From NCBI RefSeq assembly GCF_009914755.1, contig NC_060942.1: 64,000 bases of DNA; one strand, written 5' to 3'. Below the pieces are notes generated by a model. It was not told the DNA's origin, searched no databases, and saw nothing but the letters and a program-made list of their open reading frames with translations. Below, one piece after another: positions 1 through 15,832 of this stretch. Made by a program: the position numbers and the translations under genes. How positions within the stretch are numbered: the stretch's first letter is position 1; every line of letters starts with the position of its first letter. The stretch is from the human T2T-CHM13v2.0 reference genome, Homo sapiens.

Positions 1-162
1 GAGGGGTTGGAAGAAATCCGAATTGTCTGCTAGACAGAAACACCACCATTCTTCCAGTTAGAGGGGCTAACACCCCACAGTTCACTCTATCTGGTCTTAC
101 TTTCAAAGGAGAGATTATTAAAGTCTGTCCTGTCTCTAACATTTCTAAGCAAATTCTCACAC

Positions 163-290
163 TTTTTTTTTTAAGATGCAGGATCTGGCTATGTTGCCCA
201 GGCTGGTCTTGAACTCCTAGGCTCAAGTGATCCCCCCAACTTCAGCCTTCCAAGAAGCTGGGACTGCAAGTGTGCACCACTATGCCCAGC
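163..290 (-). mobile_element. Alu monomer (FLAM-like)
   Basis: polyT followed by tatgttgcccaggctggtcttgaactcct...gcccagc; single arm. Confidence 0.85.
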
Positions 291-3153
291 TTCACACATC
301 TTTCGTATTCTGAATTTCCATTTTGATTCACATCAGAATGCCTTTGTGAGGCACACACAGCAGGTGACGGTGCAGGTAGTGTATGGCCCGAGAGCTGTGG
401 GAGATTTGTTGTTTGTCTCAACTCCTATTTCTTTCACATTCTGCCTTTCTGTTTCCTTGTCTTCTCGAAAAGAGTGTTTATCGAATAGCTTACAGTTAGT
501 GATACCCTTATTTTGTCACATGTCCATTGTACCCCCAGCACTGTGATGGGTCCACAGAGATGAGCCAAATCAGGGAGACACATCTATCACTAAATAATGA
601 CATGGGGCATGCTGGGTGCTGTGACGGCATGTGCCAGGTCCTGTGGGCCATGCAGGAGGAGGGCCTACTCTGGAAGAGACAGGGACTGGGGTGTTTTTTA
701 CATGAGACCTGGAGAATAAATAGGAGTGACTTAGGCTAAGCAGGAAGGTTTTCTAGGCAAAGGCTGAAGGTGTCATGCCATGTCTTATTTGGAGAATTGC
801 TTAACTAAAGCTGGGGCATGTCTGGTTCAGAGTGCAGAGTGACAGCTTTTGTGAGCTAAGCTAAGGAGTACAGGAGTTAACTAGACTGTCTTGTCAGACC
901 CCGCTGGTGGTTTTGCACAGAACATGTATCTCAAACTCCCTTGACTCGGGTGCTCCTGAAAGATAGTGCCTATTCGAATGTAAGTATGGGTGGTCCTGGC
1001 TTTCATGTAGTTTCCACTTGGCCCCCCATTCGTGCACGTACACAACCACCTTCGTCCATCTGATTTGGTCTTTCACAGGTCGCAGATCTAATGATAAAGC
1101 ATCTCGGGGTGGCCCCACCTACCTGCCAGGTACCACCACCGAGGGAACAGCCAGTGAGGGGTCACTGCCTTGCCACCAAATCAGTATTTGAAGAGAATCC
1201 TTGCTGCTCCCCATTCTGGGGTCTCCTCCACCCCAATACCATCCTTTCCTCCTCCTTGGTAGGGTTGGTGGGGGTGGGTGAGGGCAGGGACAGCTCTGGG
1301 TTATCTATAGACAGCCTCACACGTATCCACTGAGGTCCCACTTTTGGGATTTGTGTTTTTGGTAACAGGCAACAAGTGCCCCTTGACTGCAGCCTCGCTT
1401 GGGGGAAAACTCATGACTGGTGAGAGGTTTGGAGATGGAGGGGTTGTGGGCCCAGGCTGGATCAGAGGTCTTATCCAGCAGGGCCTCCTCCCTGGGCACT
1501 CAGCACCCAGGGAGCCTCTTAGCTGCCTGGCAGCTAGCATGGGCCTAAGGGTAGAAGTGCCTACAGAGACCATAATTAGGGATTTTATCATCTTGTTTTA
1601 GCTCCTCTGGAGCGGAAAGTCTGGAAGTCAGCGGGACCCCAAGCAGCTTGGCAGAGCCTGGCAGTGTCCTCCTGACAGTTGGTGGCAGCACAGGCCACCC
1701 TTTGAGTCACAGGCATGTTCCTCTGGGCTTCCCCAGAGGGATCAGGTGGAAACTGAGCACAGGAGGCCCTTTAAGCTGGCCTTGTGGAAGCCACAGGCAG
1801 CAGGTTTGCTTGTGCTGTTTCAGTGTTAACCCGGGTTAAGCATTTTCAAATGCTTCCTGCCCCAAGCTTTCTAGGCATCTGTCAATGGGCCTCCTGAAAG
1901 CCCTTCTTACTCACATGCAGTTCTGACCAGAGAGCTCCCTGCATCTCCTCACCTGCTGAGACCCTTCTCCTCACGCAGGTTGATAGAAGAAGTCTGGTAT
2001 CCCAGCCATCACTCCCCAAAGGGATTCCCTGTTGTCTCTCAAGCTAGAAACTCGAGGAAGATCGGTGTCTCCCCTTTCATTATCCTATTGTCCGGGGGGA
2101 TGAAGCCTCCGGCTCTGCAATCAAGACAAATAGACTTGTTTTACCTCCAACCCTCTGCCTCTAACTGGAGCCCCAAGTTTTATAGCCCTGCACCAACTAA
2201 AGGCCCATTAACCAGCAACTGGCTCCCTAGTCATTTTGCTAGAACTAGTTTGTTATCTACTAGGCTGGTCTGTCTGTTATACGAAGGGATTTGAGAGAAG
2301 AAATCCCTTCCAAGTATAGCCATGGGTGCCTGGTTGAGCCCCAAGGAGGTTATGCCTTCACTGGGTGTGCACTTCGGGTGCGAAGGAAATTAGTTCTCTC
2401 TCCCCAGGCCTGCACAGAGCTGCCGGTGTGGCAGTCACGGTCCAGGCTGGAAGAGGAGGTCTGGGTTTCACCTGGTCCCTGGACACCACGCAGGGGGCGG
2501 ATGCAGGGCAGAACCCGGCAGAGGAGCAGCTGCCTGCGCCCTCTCCCCACCCCACCTCTCCTGTTTCCGCCCTGGCGCACAGGCCACGTGTCAGGCCACA
2601 TCTTCTCACAGCTCAGAAACGTGGTCATGGAGATCAGGAGGATAAATACATTCATTCTCCACCTCAGCGTGGGATGGGAGTGGGGGAGCTGCCCTGAAAT
2701 GCCCTCCAGGAAGGTCTCCAAGGGAGGCCTTTAATTAGCGCCTGGGGGATATAAAACTTGGGGCTCCAGATAGAGGCAGAGGGTTTGAGGTAAAAAGGGC
2801 AGAGGGAGGGTCCCTGTGGCCCTATAGCCAGGGCTCATATTTCCCTACTCAAAATCTAGATCTGTGATTTGACTGGAGGACCCACAGCTGCCATATCCAT
2901 AGACCAAGAGCCTGAGGAGCCGCCTCCAGGTGGGGTCCATGTCACAGCTAACGGGCGCACGTGTTTCTCCCCCACCTGGATAGTGGAGAGTCCTGAGGAA
3001 GGGGAGCAGGAAGGGTTCTGACGGGAGAGATTAGGGACAGGCGCGGGCAGCCTCCCAAGGCCCCAGTGACTGGGCAGCATGTGCTGTTGGGCAGTTACTC
3101 CCCTGTCCAGCCTCAGCGGACTGATCTGTCCGAAGAGGAAAGGTGCCTGCTGT

Positions 3154-3185
3154 ATATGCAAATTGGGATGATTCAATATGCAAAT
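3154..3185 (+). promoter_or_regulatory. Candidate composite POU (double octamer) / AP-1-like element
   Basis: ATATGCAAAT at 3154-3163 and 3176-3185, with TGATTCA between them (3169-3175). Confidence 0.4.
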
Positions 3186-5469
3186 GTCCTCACAGAGGCC
3201 AGGGCAAGTGAAGTGCTTAGTGAACTAAAAACATAAGTGAACAAATAAGCTTCTTACCAAATCGGACCCCTCACAGACATTTCTCTCTTAGCCAGAACAA
3301 ACTTGCAGCTTTGGGGAAGTTTGAGGGAAAAAAAAAAAAGTTGTGCCGTCCTCCCTGGTAGGGAGCCTGCAGTTTGGAAATCTTAAGAGGCCGAGCAGCA
3401 AGTTTGCACAGGAAAGAACAGAGTGCGGGGGTTTGTTGCCTCTGTCCTGCCCCTCTGTGAGCTCACTCGTGTCCCTGCTGAACCTCATCAGGGTCTAAAT
3501 AACCAAGATCGAATGCAGTAAATAAAACAGAACCATAGGAGTATCGTTTCATCGTGGATTTAACAATTTCAAACTTTCATCAGAGGTTTGTTCAGAGGAA
3601 GGGGAGGAGGCTCTTCATTCTCCATTTAAGAAAACCAGACCACAGCATCTTCTTTAGATCCAAGGCCTCTGGTACTGGACCTGGAGCCTTTGAGCTCTGG
3701 GAGTTTATTGTAAACATCAATGTCGCCAAAACCCACAACTGAGGGCTGTTCCTGGGAAGTGGGTGGATGGGCGAATTTTTCTTTTTTTTTTTTAATTCCA
3801 AAAATAATGTGATTTCTCTCTCTGTATCTTTATGTCACATGGGCTCTGAATGTGCCCAGCTGGTCATTCTCTTTTATAGGTAAATATGTGCCCATTTTAT
3901 TAAAAGAAAGGCCTCTTACAATGCAGCTGGTAAGCTTCCTGCTCGCTAGTCCTCACAGATTCCTTGTTGCAACCGAAGCGGGCGTGTTACTTTGATAGTC
4001 ATATGAAATAACCCTAACTTTGCCTGGGGATATTTATAACAAGACATGCAGAATTATTGCACCATAAAGGCTGCTTTGCTGATTCTTGCTGATTAGAAAC
4101 TTAAAAAAAAGACAATGGGATAAAAACCAAAAAGTCCCAACCGCTGGAGTTCTGAAGTCAGGCAAACTGGAGCCACAGTGGTTCCCCCAGCCCTTTGATA
4201 CCAACCCTGAGGTTGGAGAAGTTGGGCCAGCTCCGTGAGCTAGCTCTGTGGGCTACTTTCCCGAGGTGCTTCATGCGTCTCCTACCTTCCCGCCCCAAGC
4301 TGAGGCCAAGAATGAATGACCTGGAAGGGACGGGCTTGTCTTTCTGCCACGCTGGGGGCCAGTGCCAAGTTTTGCTTTAGGAGAAATGAAGGCAGAGCAA
4401 TCCCTGGTATTAGATGAGGCAAGTGTATTCCACCCTGCCCCCTGGCAGACAGGCCAAACAGGACGGGGCATTTTTAATTGATGCTAGGACCTTGCATGGA
4501 TAAGAAGTTGGCAGGAATGGACAGAACCCTTTATTCTTCCTTCCAAGGTACCCATTTACCAGGCCCATCCTCAAGGGCATTGTGAAAGTGGGCCCAGTGG
4601 GGTTTCTTCCCCTGGCTGTTGGCCAGAATCAAACTGGTTTCATCAGGCCCTGAGTGTAGACGCAATGTGCGGTAATTGGTACATTCAGCGTTGATCCTCG
4701 TGTTCCTTGGGTGCCGTGAGGAGCTTTCCCATAACCTCTCCTATTTCGCGGCTTGTCTTTGGCCCTAACCAGCACTCTTTCTTCACCTCTGGTTGTCCTT
4801 CTCCACTCCTCCTCTGGCCACACGCACAGTTCACACATACATCACCCTTTATCCAATGGAGTCAGAGATTTCCCTGGATGTAGCTCAGGTGGAAAACCTG
4901 CTTGGAAAGGAAAAGAGAAGTCTTTTCTTACTCCTGGGAGGTGACTGAAGAATCCGGCAGCATGTTGCCCTGGCGGCTGTCTGACTCAATGCTCTGGTCA
5001 CAGTGGGAAGAGCTGTTCTGTAGTGGCACCTTGGACCATGCCAGTAGCCAATCCTGGGGTGGGTGGCGGGTGTGGGGGCTCCCCAACAGTGTTAAATAAT
5101 AATATTGAATAGAATAAAAGAATAATGATCCTGGGAGCATTCATGCACCCCACACCCTCCTTTCATAAAAGGCTACTGCTCCTAACTTTGGAGATTCCTG
5201 TGTGGCCTCCACCCCGTTCCTTGTCCCCTTGTCTCTACACTAAAAGTAATTAATCATCCTGAGTTGTGTATTCACCATTCTCTCGCCTTTCTTCATCTAA
5301 CTAGAACTTTCTGTTTGCATATCTTTGGGCTTCACATGATGGAATGATACAGGACATAGCCTTCTGCAACGTGCTTCTTTCTGCTGGACACCAGCCTCCT
5401 GAGAAGCATCATTTGGCCACAGCTGTGAGTTGTTCAGTTTCCTGCTGCCTTGAGTCCCGTTGTGTGGAG

Positions 5470-5525
5470 ACATTGATTGTGATGGACACATTGATTGTGA
5501 TGGACACATTGATTGTGATGGACAC
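5470..5525. repeat. Minisatellite, 18-bp unit acattgattgtgatggac x3
   Basis: Three perfect tandem copies read directly. Confidence 0.95.
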
Positions 5526-6191
5526 TTAGGTTGTTTTCAGGTTTTTACTCTCCCAGACTCCCTTGCTATGCTATGTACATTCTAGACACGGCTCCTTGTT
5601 CAGGACTTTCCGTAGAAGTAAAGTTGCTGGATGATACGATTTGTACATCTTCAGTTTTCCAAGTAGCTAGGTCAGTCTACATTCTGACAGGTGGGGTATA
5701 GATCTACCACTCATTTCACATCCTTACCAACACTTGATATCATCTTTAATATTTGCCAGCCTGGTGGGCATGAAGTGATAGCTCACTGTGGTTTCTATTT
5801 GAATTTCCCTGTTGGTTAACGAGGATGGGTTTTTTCACATGCAAATTGGCCATGGTGACACACCTATTCAAATCTTTTGCCTATTTTTCTTGACAGATTA
5901 ATAGGTGGGTGTTCTTTATATGTTTTGGATACCAATCTTGAGTCACTTATGTGTATTGCAAATATATTCTCCCAATTTTGGCTTATTTTTTTGTTATGGT
6001 GGCTTTTGCTGAACAGAAGTTATTAATTTTAACAGTTCCATTCTTTAATCTTTCCCTTTATAGTTTGTATAATTGTGTCTGGTTTCAGAAATCTTCCCCT
6101 TCTACATACAAATTCATAAACATAGTTTCCTCTAATGTCTTTTAAAAGTTTTATAGTTTTGTTTTTCACATTAACTCCTTAGCCCACCTGA

Positions 6192-6473
<282 letters not shown>

Positions 6474-6507
6474 TATAATGATTTTATGTAATGCTGGAGT
6501 TCGTGAG

Positions 6508-7376
<869 letters not shown>

Positions 7377-7540
7377 AGGTAGCTAGTAGTTCATGATTTT
7401 TATATCTACATTTCATAAGTGAGATTGCAAACTTCTTTTCAGCTACTGTTCTTATCTGGTTTTGCTACCAAAGTTATGCAAGCCTCATTAAAATGAGATG
7501 GTGAGTCTTACCTACGTTTCTCTATTCTGAAATAATTTAA

Positions 7541-7729
<189 letters not shown>

Positions 7730-8204
7730 TAAAAGCATCTGAGCCTGATGTTTCCTTTGTAGGAAGATTTTTAAACTGTTGATTCAATTTTTGTATTGAT
7801 TATGACTATTTGAGTTTTCTGTGTTCTCTTGAGTTTGAGTTTATTATGAAAAGTCACATTTATCTAGTAATTTGTTTCATCTACATTTTCAAATTTACTG
7901 GTATAATGTTTATAATAACCTCTTAAATCTTTGTAATGTCTTGAAGCATCAGTATTTATGTCTCATTTTTTGTTTCTGACATTGTTACTTGTGTCTTCTC
8001 TTTTTCTTGATCAATCTTGCCAGAAATTTATCAATTTTATTAGTTTTGGCAAATAAATGATTTTTGGTTGTGTTGATTCTATTATATTTTTGCCTTTTAT
8101 TTCATCAGTCTCTTTCTTTTAGCTTTCTTTGGGATTATCCAATTCTTTTTCTATCTTAAATCATATGCTTAGATGATTAATTCTATTATAAATTGTATGC
8201 TTTA

Positions 8205-8520
<316 letters not shown>

Positions 8521-9955
8521 CGTATGCGTTAGCTTATTTGAGGCATTCGTTATTTATAAGCACATTTAAAACCTTTCAATCATTGGGAAATCATCTTTTT
8601 GCTATTAATTTCTCATTTAACTGCCTTGTTGTCAGACAGTGTGGTCTGTATAATACCAATACTTTAACATTGTTGAAACTTGTTTTGGCTCAGTTGTCAT
8701 TGAAAATAATGTCTCCTATAGTTGTTGGGTACAATTTTCTGTAAATATATATTGAGTCAACTTTGTAGTATTCAAATCTTCTATATTTGTACAGTTTTGG
8801 GTTTTATTTTTAGTATTCTTGATATTTTAATTACTGGGACAGTTATAATAAACTCTTCTACCATAAAAGCAAATTTCTTCTTGTAATTGCATATATTTTT
8901 GCTTTATATGTTAGAGGCTATGTTATTAGGTATATACATGTTTAAAATTGTTATATTTTCCCAGGGAACTAAAACTTTAATCATTGTGTAGTGATTCTGT
9001 TTCTTCCTAGTAATGCTTCTTACATTAGAGTCTACCTTGTCTGCTATTAATTTAGGTATACCAGCTTCTTGGATTAGTATTTGCCTGAAATATTATTTTC
9101 TATTCTTTTTACTTTTAAACTTTTATGTTTTAAATGTGTTTCCTATAAGTAGCATATAGGTGGATTTTTAAAGCTGAAACTTAATTTATATTAATTGTGA
9201 TCACTAAAATATTTGCACTTACATTTACCATTTTATTAAAAGCTTTCTATTTATCTTATCTTCTCTGTTCCTTTATCTTTCTTTTCTTGTCTTCTTTTAT
9301 TTTTTCAATATTTATTTTCTTATTTTAACTTTTCATTATAAGTAATTGACACACATAACAAAAGTGGAGAAATATCTCTCAACTTCAGCAATGATCAACA
9401 AATTTCATATTATCTATCCTCTATACCTTCCCCATTACCCAACACTGGATTGTTTTTAAGCAAAACCAAGCCATCATATTATCTTATTCATAAATTCTTC
9501 AGTATGTGTGTAATATTTAAGAAGTCTTTCATGAAACAAAACTACATTACCATTATTACATCTTTAAAAATAGCAGTTCTTTAATATCATTAAATATGCA
9601 GTGAGTGTTCAAATTTTCCTGTCTCACACACAAAAATTTTTTTTGTTTTGTTTTTTTCTCTTGGATTGTCTGAATTGGATCCACCCATTTCTTTCTTCTT
9701 TTTAGAATAAACATTATTTTTCTTGTGTAATTTTATTCTTACTAGCTTGGGAATGATACACTTTATTCTTTATTATTATTCTAAAAATTCTAACTTATCA
9801 GTCTGAAGTTAATTAGTATTTTTTCTCTCTAAATAGTATATAGTTCAGAATACTTTAAATCCTATCAACAAACCCCTTCCCTAATCTTAGATCATGTGCT
9901 ATTGGTGTCTTATATTTTGGTTCTAATTTTTAACTCTATAAGACATGATTATTAC

Positions 9956-10263
<308 letters not shown>

Positions 10264-10999
10264 TATTTCGTGATTTTTGACTGTGAGCTCATATCTGTAG
10301 AAATTATTTGATGCTAGGTTGAGTAAGTTTCTCTTGGGAAGGTTTGTACTTACCTCTTCCAGGCATCTGGGGGAACCACCAGTCATAGGCATCTTTTAAC
10401 TAAATATTCAACTTGAGGTTTTTTTCTTCTACTCAGGTTCAAGGTTGAAAGAGGCAAACTCCTTGCATCCCCTTGAGGGAGGGAGTGGGTGAATCTATTT
10501 CCTAGTTAATTAACTGGAAGATATAACCCATTAGGGTTCTAGATTTATGGAGGGGGCTCTTCTATTGGCCTCCCCACCTTGACCAGGCCCTGTTTTTTTC
10601 ACCCAGCAAGGCTGTGAAAATAAAAATTCAAATTTACTTTTAGAGTAAATGTTATTAAGATATAAGGTGGCATTAGAATTCTGCTTATTTTTCTGGGCTT
10701 TCACTCTCACCTTTGCTCGGTTTTCAGTCACTTACTTTTTTTTTTTTTTTTTTTTTTGCCAAACTCATCAATGCTTTCTGTATATCAGCATTGTTCATTA
10801 TTTTCCATATGAGGATAGGCCAGAGTATCTTCTCCATCAGACTTCGGGAAGCTACAGTCCTCTCGACAGTTACTATTCTAGTTCCTATTCCCAGAGTGCC
10901 AATTCTTGCTAGACAAAGTTTTGGGAGTTTCTAACTTCATTCACCTGAATGTTCACTGCTATTTAAAATCTTTTTCCTCTTGGCCTTGACCCCTGGCCC

Positions 11000-12620
11000 T
11001 CTGCTTTCCTACAAGTATGGAGACACCATCAGGTATGAGTTCTCTCCTCTCCTATCCTCTCTACTTTACAATACCTCTTTATCCACTTAATCTTTCCTAC
11101 TTATTCTTCCCCCCAAGTCTCCCTTGGAGAATTGCCCCTCCTTTCTAAGGCCAAATCCTCTACCCTTGCTATGAATTCCATTTTTGTGGCCAAAATTCCT
11201 CTTTCTTTGCTCATGATCTTTTGCCAATTATATTCTTACTAATCGTTCAAGGCTGAGTTTAGTACTTTCTCCCCTGTGATGCCTTTTGAAATGTCCCTTC
11301 CCCCTTCATCCCTAATTTCCTCTCGACTCCAAGAGCACTTTGTTATTAACATAACATTAACACAGGACTTACACTGTTGTAAAAGGGAATTATTTGCATA
11401 ACTGTCGTTTCTCCTTCTAAATTGTGAGTTCCTTAGAGAAGACACCATTTTCTGCATTATTTCTTACTGTGCGAAACATAATACTTTGCATATAGTGGCT
11501 CATTGTAAATGCTTCTTGCCTTCCTTAGAAATCAGTCTCTTCAACAATCTCTTTTCTTTACTCTGTCTTCATTTTCACTAGATCCCTCCTTTCTATGGTC
11601 AGACACATTCGAGTATTTTGGAACTTGAAGGGAAAGAAAAAAATCTCTGCTTAATCCTGCTATTTCCCTTTTTATCTTTCTTTTTCTAAATATCTTAAAC
11701 ATATGGTCTGTGACTTCTGTCTTCTTTCTTTACCCTGCATCTTTCTTTAACCGTCTGTAATCTGACCTCCACTCTCACCACTCTACTTAGACTACACTCT
11801 TAAAAATGAGTTTCCTTCCGATTACCACAGCCATGTCCTATCTGCAGCTTCTGTTTGATACTCTGAGCACCCCTGGTGGGAGAGCGACCTCTGCCTAGTG
11901 TGGCCCTGGGGTGCTGCCAGGGTCTCCTGCCCTCTGACCACTCTTCCTCCCCTCCACCCAAGCCTGTTCTCAGCTCACAGCTTTCCTTCCTATACTGAGG
12001 GACCCCCGCCCCACGTTTGTGACTTTAGCTATTATGGATGGGGCTGCTTTTCGCATCTTCATTCTCCTTCCCTAATTTCTTCGAAAACCAAAATCTGAAT
12101 TCTTAAATTTTTTCCAGACATTTTCATTTGATGCCCCTCTGCTCAAGAAGGCTCCCTTTCCTCAATATGTTCATCTCTTCCATCACTTCCTGGTTCCTTT
12201 AGGCTCAACAATCTCAGTTTTGTTTGATCTTTCCCAATTTCTTACTCCTCTCTTTCTCACCCCCTGTGAAGGTGGCTCAGCCTCCACAAAATCTCTCTCG
12301 ATTCCAGCTGTCTTTGCTTTGGTTTAGGACTCATCCCTGGATGAGTGCACCAGGCTCCCTGGCTATGCCTCTGCTATCAGGTTCTTTCCTTTCTCAGTCC
12401 TCTTGCATATCATTGCCTAATATTATAAAAATTCCATTCAAGGTCTGATGGAGGTCTATGGAAAAAGATGATGGATTAGAGAATCCGACAAGTCAGGATT
12501 TGAATCCCAACTTCACTACTTACTGGCTGTGAGGTGTCAGTTTCCTTCATTTCTGTGAGAGGAATGTCACTCATCGCATAGGATTTTAGTGAATATTAAG
12601 TAAGGCAATCTATTAATAAT
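11000..12620. mobile_element. L2 and MIR remnants
   Basis: Pyrimidine-rich L2-like text, e.g. ctaaattgtgagttccttagagaagacacc; MIR core ggatttgaatcccaacttcactacttactggctgtg near 12495-12600. Confidence 0.55.
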
Positions 12621-15028
12621 AAAATTACCTTTCTACATGTTTTTATTTTTAACAGATCAATAAGCATTTTCAGAGCAATTAGGTCATTTCTCCAAGGTCA
12701 CAGTCTATAAAGCAGAGCAGGGTTTTTCACATATCTCACAAGGCAAGGTGAATATAAGCTTTAAATTTGTCTGTATTAATTAATGAATCCATATTCCTAA
12801 TGCCTAGTAACAAATCCTACATTCACTCAGTTCTTCAGGAGCCAAGAGAAGATACTGATCCTGAGGGGGCTGGAGCAGCTCCAGGTCAGTGTCAGGGGCT
12901 GAGACCAGCATTGGAAGAGAAGGCGTGCGGCTTAGCATGGAGGCCAGGAGGGGAAACGGTGAGGAGAGAAGAGGGCGTCCCAAGATGCCCTGCCCAGCAT
13001 GGCTATCACTGGAAAATGAGAAAGGATGTGGAGCTCATTGTGTATTTTTATGACGTTGAGCGGATTTAATCCTTTTCTGCCTAGGGCTGTTCACTCTTCA
13101 TGAATGTCTTGGGGATTTGGCCAATTGTGAGAATGTTTCTGGTGATATTAAACCTCATTTTATGAGGTTGGCGGCCATTACTTTCAAACCATAAATCTTA
13201 TCCTCTAAAAAAATGAGAATGATCCCTTCGAAAAATCCCACTTGATGATGAGAAGTTTGGTCGTGGAAAATACATAAAATTCGGGATCCCCTTTTTTTGC
13301 CTCAGGCCTGAATGTGGGCTGGGGTCAGGCATTCGGAGCCGTGTGAGGGGCTAGAATCTCAGGAAAGCCTCTCTGACTGATGCTACGGTGGAGCAACGAG
13401 AACACCCGGTGGCATAAACTTTCAGAAAGACAGTAGAGAAAAAGGAAGGAGGATGCACCCCAGTCCATGACACCCGCCCTGCACGTTGTTAGTTGGGGTC
13501 ACGTGTCCAGCTTCTCCAATATGGCGGCTGCGTGGCCCTGGCCCACTTGCTGTACTCTCCTTGTGGTGTGGCCAGAACTGTGGCTCTCCTTTCACCTCAC
13601 GCCCTCAGATCAATGGCTGTCGGTGGCCATTCATTCAGAACTCCCTCAATAAGAGTATTTTGTGGTAAATTTTGTTTGGGGGATGCTGCAGGTTATTTTC
13701 CGCTTCTGGAGATTCCCAGTGAGTATCAGAAGTTTTGATAAAGACTTTTTTTTTTTTTTTTAGCAAAAAGCCAGCAGAGCCAGCTGCTTGGACCCAGGGG
13801 TCCTTGGTTGTTCCCAGGGCCCAGGTCATGCCCTGTAAGAGTGGAGCTTATGAAGTTACCCACACACCTATCTCCAGAGACTCTCATTTCCAACCTGCTC
13901 GGGACCCAAGAAGGCTCAGTTGTTCAGATCTAAAAACGCATTACATAATTTTCCTCGCCATTCATTCTTCTATATGATAGCAGGGAGAAAATCCGCTTTC
14001 GTGCCTTGACAGATGTGCGGTTGCTAATTTAACTAGGTAAAGTATGGTTGAGGGATGTCAAACCTGAGGCAGTGTTCTTGGGACTAGCTTCCATTGTTAT
14101 GGCCCCTGAAGACACTTGCTGACTTAAACAGGGCAGGGGCCGCAGGGATGGGCCGTTGTGCTCAGGAGAATCTCTGAGGCCCCCACCCAGGCCCATTGCT
14201 AGAGGCCAAAAGACACAGATAAAATCCATGGCAGTGAGTTCACAGGAGACACCTGGTGCCACTGGGCAGGATCTCATATGGGGTCTTGGGGGAAATGAAA
14301 ACAATAATTGTATGAAAAATCAGCCTTCCTCCCCAATCATTGCTAACCCCTTGCCATCTCTGAATATTTCAGTTTTAGAATATTTCTTTTAGGGAACTGG
14401 GCAGAAATGACAGGAGTTAGCCCATATTTGTTAGACCTTCCCTGTGTGCCACATATGTTTTTAAAAAGGCTTCATGTCCATTTTCCCAATCATGGCACTG
14501 CTGTGACTCGTGGCAATGGAGTATAATGCCCATTTTACAGATGAGCAAATCAAGGCTTAGCCCTCCGTGAAGCCGTGTGCCTCCAGAGCCCAGGCTCCCC
14601 CTTTCTGCCTGTTCTGCCTCAGGGTAGTTTTTGAGTCTTCCATGGAGTCTTCTACACATTCCAGTGGAAATGTAAGCACCAGAGAAATAACCTAAGAAAT
14701 CGCACTTACCTTTGCAAGGCTGCCACCTTCCCTGCTGCCTTGTGGAGAGGGCCTGGCTAGCTTCTCAGCACCATGAGCACAGCAGACCCTTTTTCTTTCC
14801 AGGGCTGCTTGGAGGAGGGAAGATTCTGTCCTGCTGCGGGCCCTGCTGTGCAACTCAACTCATGACCGATCCTGCAGATCACAGGAGACCCCGCAGTGCT
14901 GGAAGAACCCAGAGCTCAGGGCAAAGGGGAGCTTCGAGCGCTCCTAAAATATAGGTCTTCGCCTATCATTTTAAAATGAGGTTTCTTTTCTTCTCCCCAG
15001 CTTCTGCTTTCTCCTAGGTATGGGGTAA

Positions 15029-15409
<381 letters not shown>

Positions 15410-15832
15410 TAAAAACTTCTTTGTTGGCAGGACTTAAACCTTCTGTGTTGCTGTTCTGTTTGTAAGGGCAGTGCCAGCTCCTGACCCCAGTGGTGAGTTC
15501 CGTGCCTTCTTTCCCGGCTGCAGGGAGGGACCCTGGATCATTGACTGGGCCTCACCATCTGGAGAAGAGATTCTGGAGAAGTTGTCTCTGGAGTGAGTTT
15601 CTGTTTAGTTGGATAATTTGCGTATTTAATGACATACAACTTTTTTTTTTTTTTTCAAAGAAACAACCTTGTCAATATCCCACAAAAGATCAAAATATAT
15701 ATTTTAAAATCTTACATTTGAATAAAAAGTAATATAGCAATAATATAAAGACACTCCAAGTACAATCCAAGTATGCTAGGTTAGACTGGAGGTTGCAGTT
15801 GCTTCAGGCAAGATTCATACCCTGAACTGCAC

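Noticed and set aside
2291-2734. Four overlapping ORFs of 83-147 aa
   Set aside because: No recognisable domain; long ORFs on both strands are expected in GC-rich sequence.
5470-5525. CRISPR-like or coding repeat (MDTLIV x3)
   Set aside because: No spacers and eukaryotic context; a simple tandem repeat inside L1.
11866-11882. CTCF-like CCACCAGGGGTGC on the minus strand
   Set aside because: Register is broken relative to the core motif; cannot be supported without ChIP data.
14764-14788. REST/NRSE-like TCAGCACCATG
   Set aside because: The right half-site GGACAG is absent or mis-spaced.
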